Positions 61,858 through 64,000 of a stretch of 64,000 bases of DNA are shown here, in pieces (position 1 is the first letter of the stretch; every line of letters starts with the position of its first letter). Source of the DNA: Takakia lepidozioides (Eukaryota; Plantae; Bryophyta); the NCBI GenBank assembly GCA_030704615.1, contig CM060731.1, positions 34,410,001 through 34,474,000 of the forward strand. The letters run 5' to 3'. The notes beneath the pieces are model-generated. The model did no database searches. It saw only the letters and a program-made list of their open reading frames with translations, and was not told the DNA's origin. The position numbers and the translations under genes are program-made.

Positions 61858-64000
61858 TCAAGTGCCTGTCACCGAGGGAAGCATAGCAACATCTACAGGT
61901 TTGGTCTTCCGCTTTTCATGCTGGTGATTTGGCCTACCAGCACTATTACTTCGGGAGCCAAGGCTTGCTTGACGGAGCAACTTTTGGAACTCTGATAGAC
62001 TTATTCGCCCATCTCCATCTATGTCTGCTTCATCAAGCACTGTGTCGATTGAGCCCTTCAGACCTGTGGCCTGCACCAGCTCTCATCATGCTTGGCTTTA
62101 GTTCCCTTAACGCCATTTTCAGCTCCAACCATTGAGTCACTAGCAAATATTCACCCAACATGTATGGCCAAAGGGTGGGAATTCCCAGCAACTGCATGCT
62201 CAGTCAATCCTATTTAGTGGACCAGCAACAAATGAGCCTGATATGTAGTTTCACAGCCAATTGGTGCAAAAAGGTCAAAGATGACTGGAGCATTGGTTTG
62301 GTATCACTCACAATCTTGATCTCATCAGCAGTAATAAATCCATCTCCATCAAAGTCAAATTTGGCAAAGGCAGCTCGTGAGCGACCTAGCCATTTGTCAG
62401 AGTTGGTCATCTCCAGTTGGTCGACATGTAGCGTGGCCGCAACAAACTCATCAAAGTCCACCAACCCATCACTATTGCTGTCCATCTGTGCCATCAAAGG
62501 ACAACTTTCCTTGAGCATACTCTACTTGGCCATTAGCCTAGAAAACATAAAATTGTGAGCTGCAGGACTCTTGTAGGTGGAAGTATTCAAAATTCCTGTA
62601 ACCACAGTTCCACTTGAATTTTATTTTGCAGGGCACAGCCTCGCAACCTCCCAACCTTGTGCTCCCCAATAGATTCAATGTCCTCCCCTCTCTCTGTGCA
62701 TGAAGAACTCCCTCTATGGACATTGTAGATGTTTTCAGAAGTGGTTTCTTATTAGTCTACTTATCCCCTTGGGGATGTTAAAATTGTATGTATCTCCTTT
62801 CTCTCTCACTTGATTAGCAAATGTTTGAAGGCTTCATTTCCTTCTTTCTTTTTCATATCCACCCATCATGTGTCCTACCCTCTCATAAAAAGTAGAGGCC
62901 TTGAAAAGGATTAGCACCAAATAACTTACTGCTTGAAGGATCTCAAGTACGCGTGATTCTTTGACTGTCCAAGGCTGATCCTTTGACAAGGCCTATCCAA
63001 AACAGGAGCACACACACCCCTACTGTTAGGAGATAAATGTTTACAGACATGCCAGTAGCAAAAGGGGAGAATCGCTCAATCTGGCATGTTGATCTACTTC
63101 ATGATGATATAACAATGACAGGCAGTATGAGGTACAAGCTTACATGTCTAATCTCTTCAAGAGTGATTGTGCCATTTCTGTCCACATCCATGGCATCAAA
63201 TTGATCCCGCAAGTCTGAAATCTCATCGTCGTCAAGCGTGCTTGCCAAAGCCTGCACTTCCAAATAAGGTAAGCATGCAGAAGCAGAATCAAAAAGGCAA
63301 ATAAACTCCATTTGACAGTCTCCTTAAAAGCAGAGAAAGCCGCATAACAGGTCACCACATGCAAACAGTCAACACTTCTATCCTTCAAAAGAGAAAAAAC
63401 TTATAATGGACTAGGTAGAAACTACATTACCCTTAAAGCAAATTGTTTCAGGCGGCTGTACTTCACAAACTCACGCATATTCGAAAGCACCAAAATGTCC
63501 AATGGCATGTCAGATGCATCCCCTCCCTCTCGAACCCATGGATGTGCTGCAACCATCAGTACACTTCCTTAGAAGCAGGTCTTCAAAGACTATATTCATT
63601 CAAATAGACAAAGCATACAAAATTTCCTTCTAATTTGTGGAGTTATAAGTAGGAGGGAGAGACATACACAAGGCTTGAGCAGCAGTGAGCCTGACATGTT
63701 TATCCTTCAGCAATAACTTTTTCACAAAGTCCTTTGCACTGTTGCTAATAGTTGGCCATGGCTTCTCATGAAAGTCGGGCTTTTTTTTAAGTACCTGGCA
63801 AACACACCGACCCCAAATATTAAGTTGAACTGCCCCAACCATAGCACAGCCTGCAAGACAAGTACAATGGCAGGCACTAATATCACTCAAGGTTCACTCC
63901 ACCGCTGGAACATTTTTAATAAATAGATCCGACCTTCCAGACTGCCTTAGCAAAACCCTTTATCAACCATCCACTTCTTGAGGAAGGAGCAGAATCAGGA
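61858..64000 (-). CDS. Calcium-dependent protein kinase, group IV (CPK16/18/28-like), 3' part; gene continues beyond the window
   Basis: [58 protein letters not shown], and four EF-hands ([48 protein letters not shown]). Confidence 0.95.

Overview
Eukaryotic, intron-rich land-plant nuclear DNA. The gene families, compact introns and transposon types suggest a non-seed plant such as a bryophyte, but that is inference. Host genes: PR-1/CAP (18692-19219 +), MINDY deubiquitinase (26004-32876 +), MBOAT wax-synthase-type acyltransferase (44510-45742 -), SMG7-like NMD factor (46730-52376 +), TFIIH helicase XPB (53341-60840 +) and the 3' part of a group-IV CDPK (61858->64000 -). Two accessory regions carry the most interesting signal. 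(1) A 12.4-kb Mutator-like element (4203-16569) with long TIRs and a perfect 9-bp TSD. Its transposase resembles, by recalled motifs, the angiosperm host SWIM-finger genes At4g13970/At1g60560. It carries a convergent spliced ULP1-type protease cargo, further unknown ORFs, and non-coding DNA saturated with CAGAC/CAGTC motifs (VANDAL-like architecture). (2) A transposon cluster at about 34-43.7 kb: a dimeric satellite with an inversion, Gypsy integrase and PHD-finger fragments, a Copia 5' end, a hAT MITE, a Tourist MITE, and two tandem Crypton-like elements bounded by GG(T/C)TATG direct repeats with conserved 5' hairpins. All homology calls come from motif recognition without database searches.
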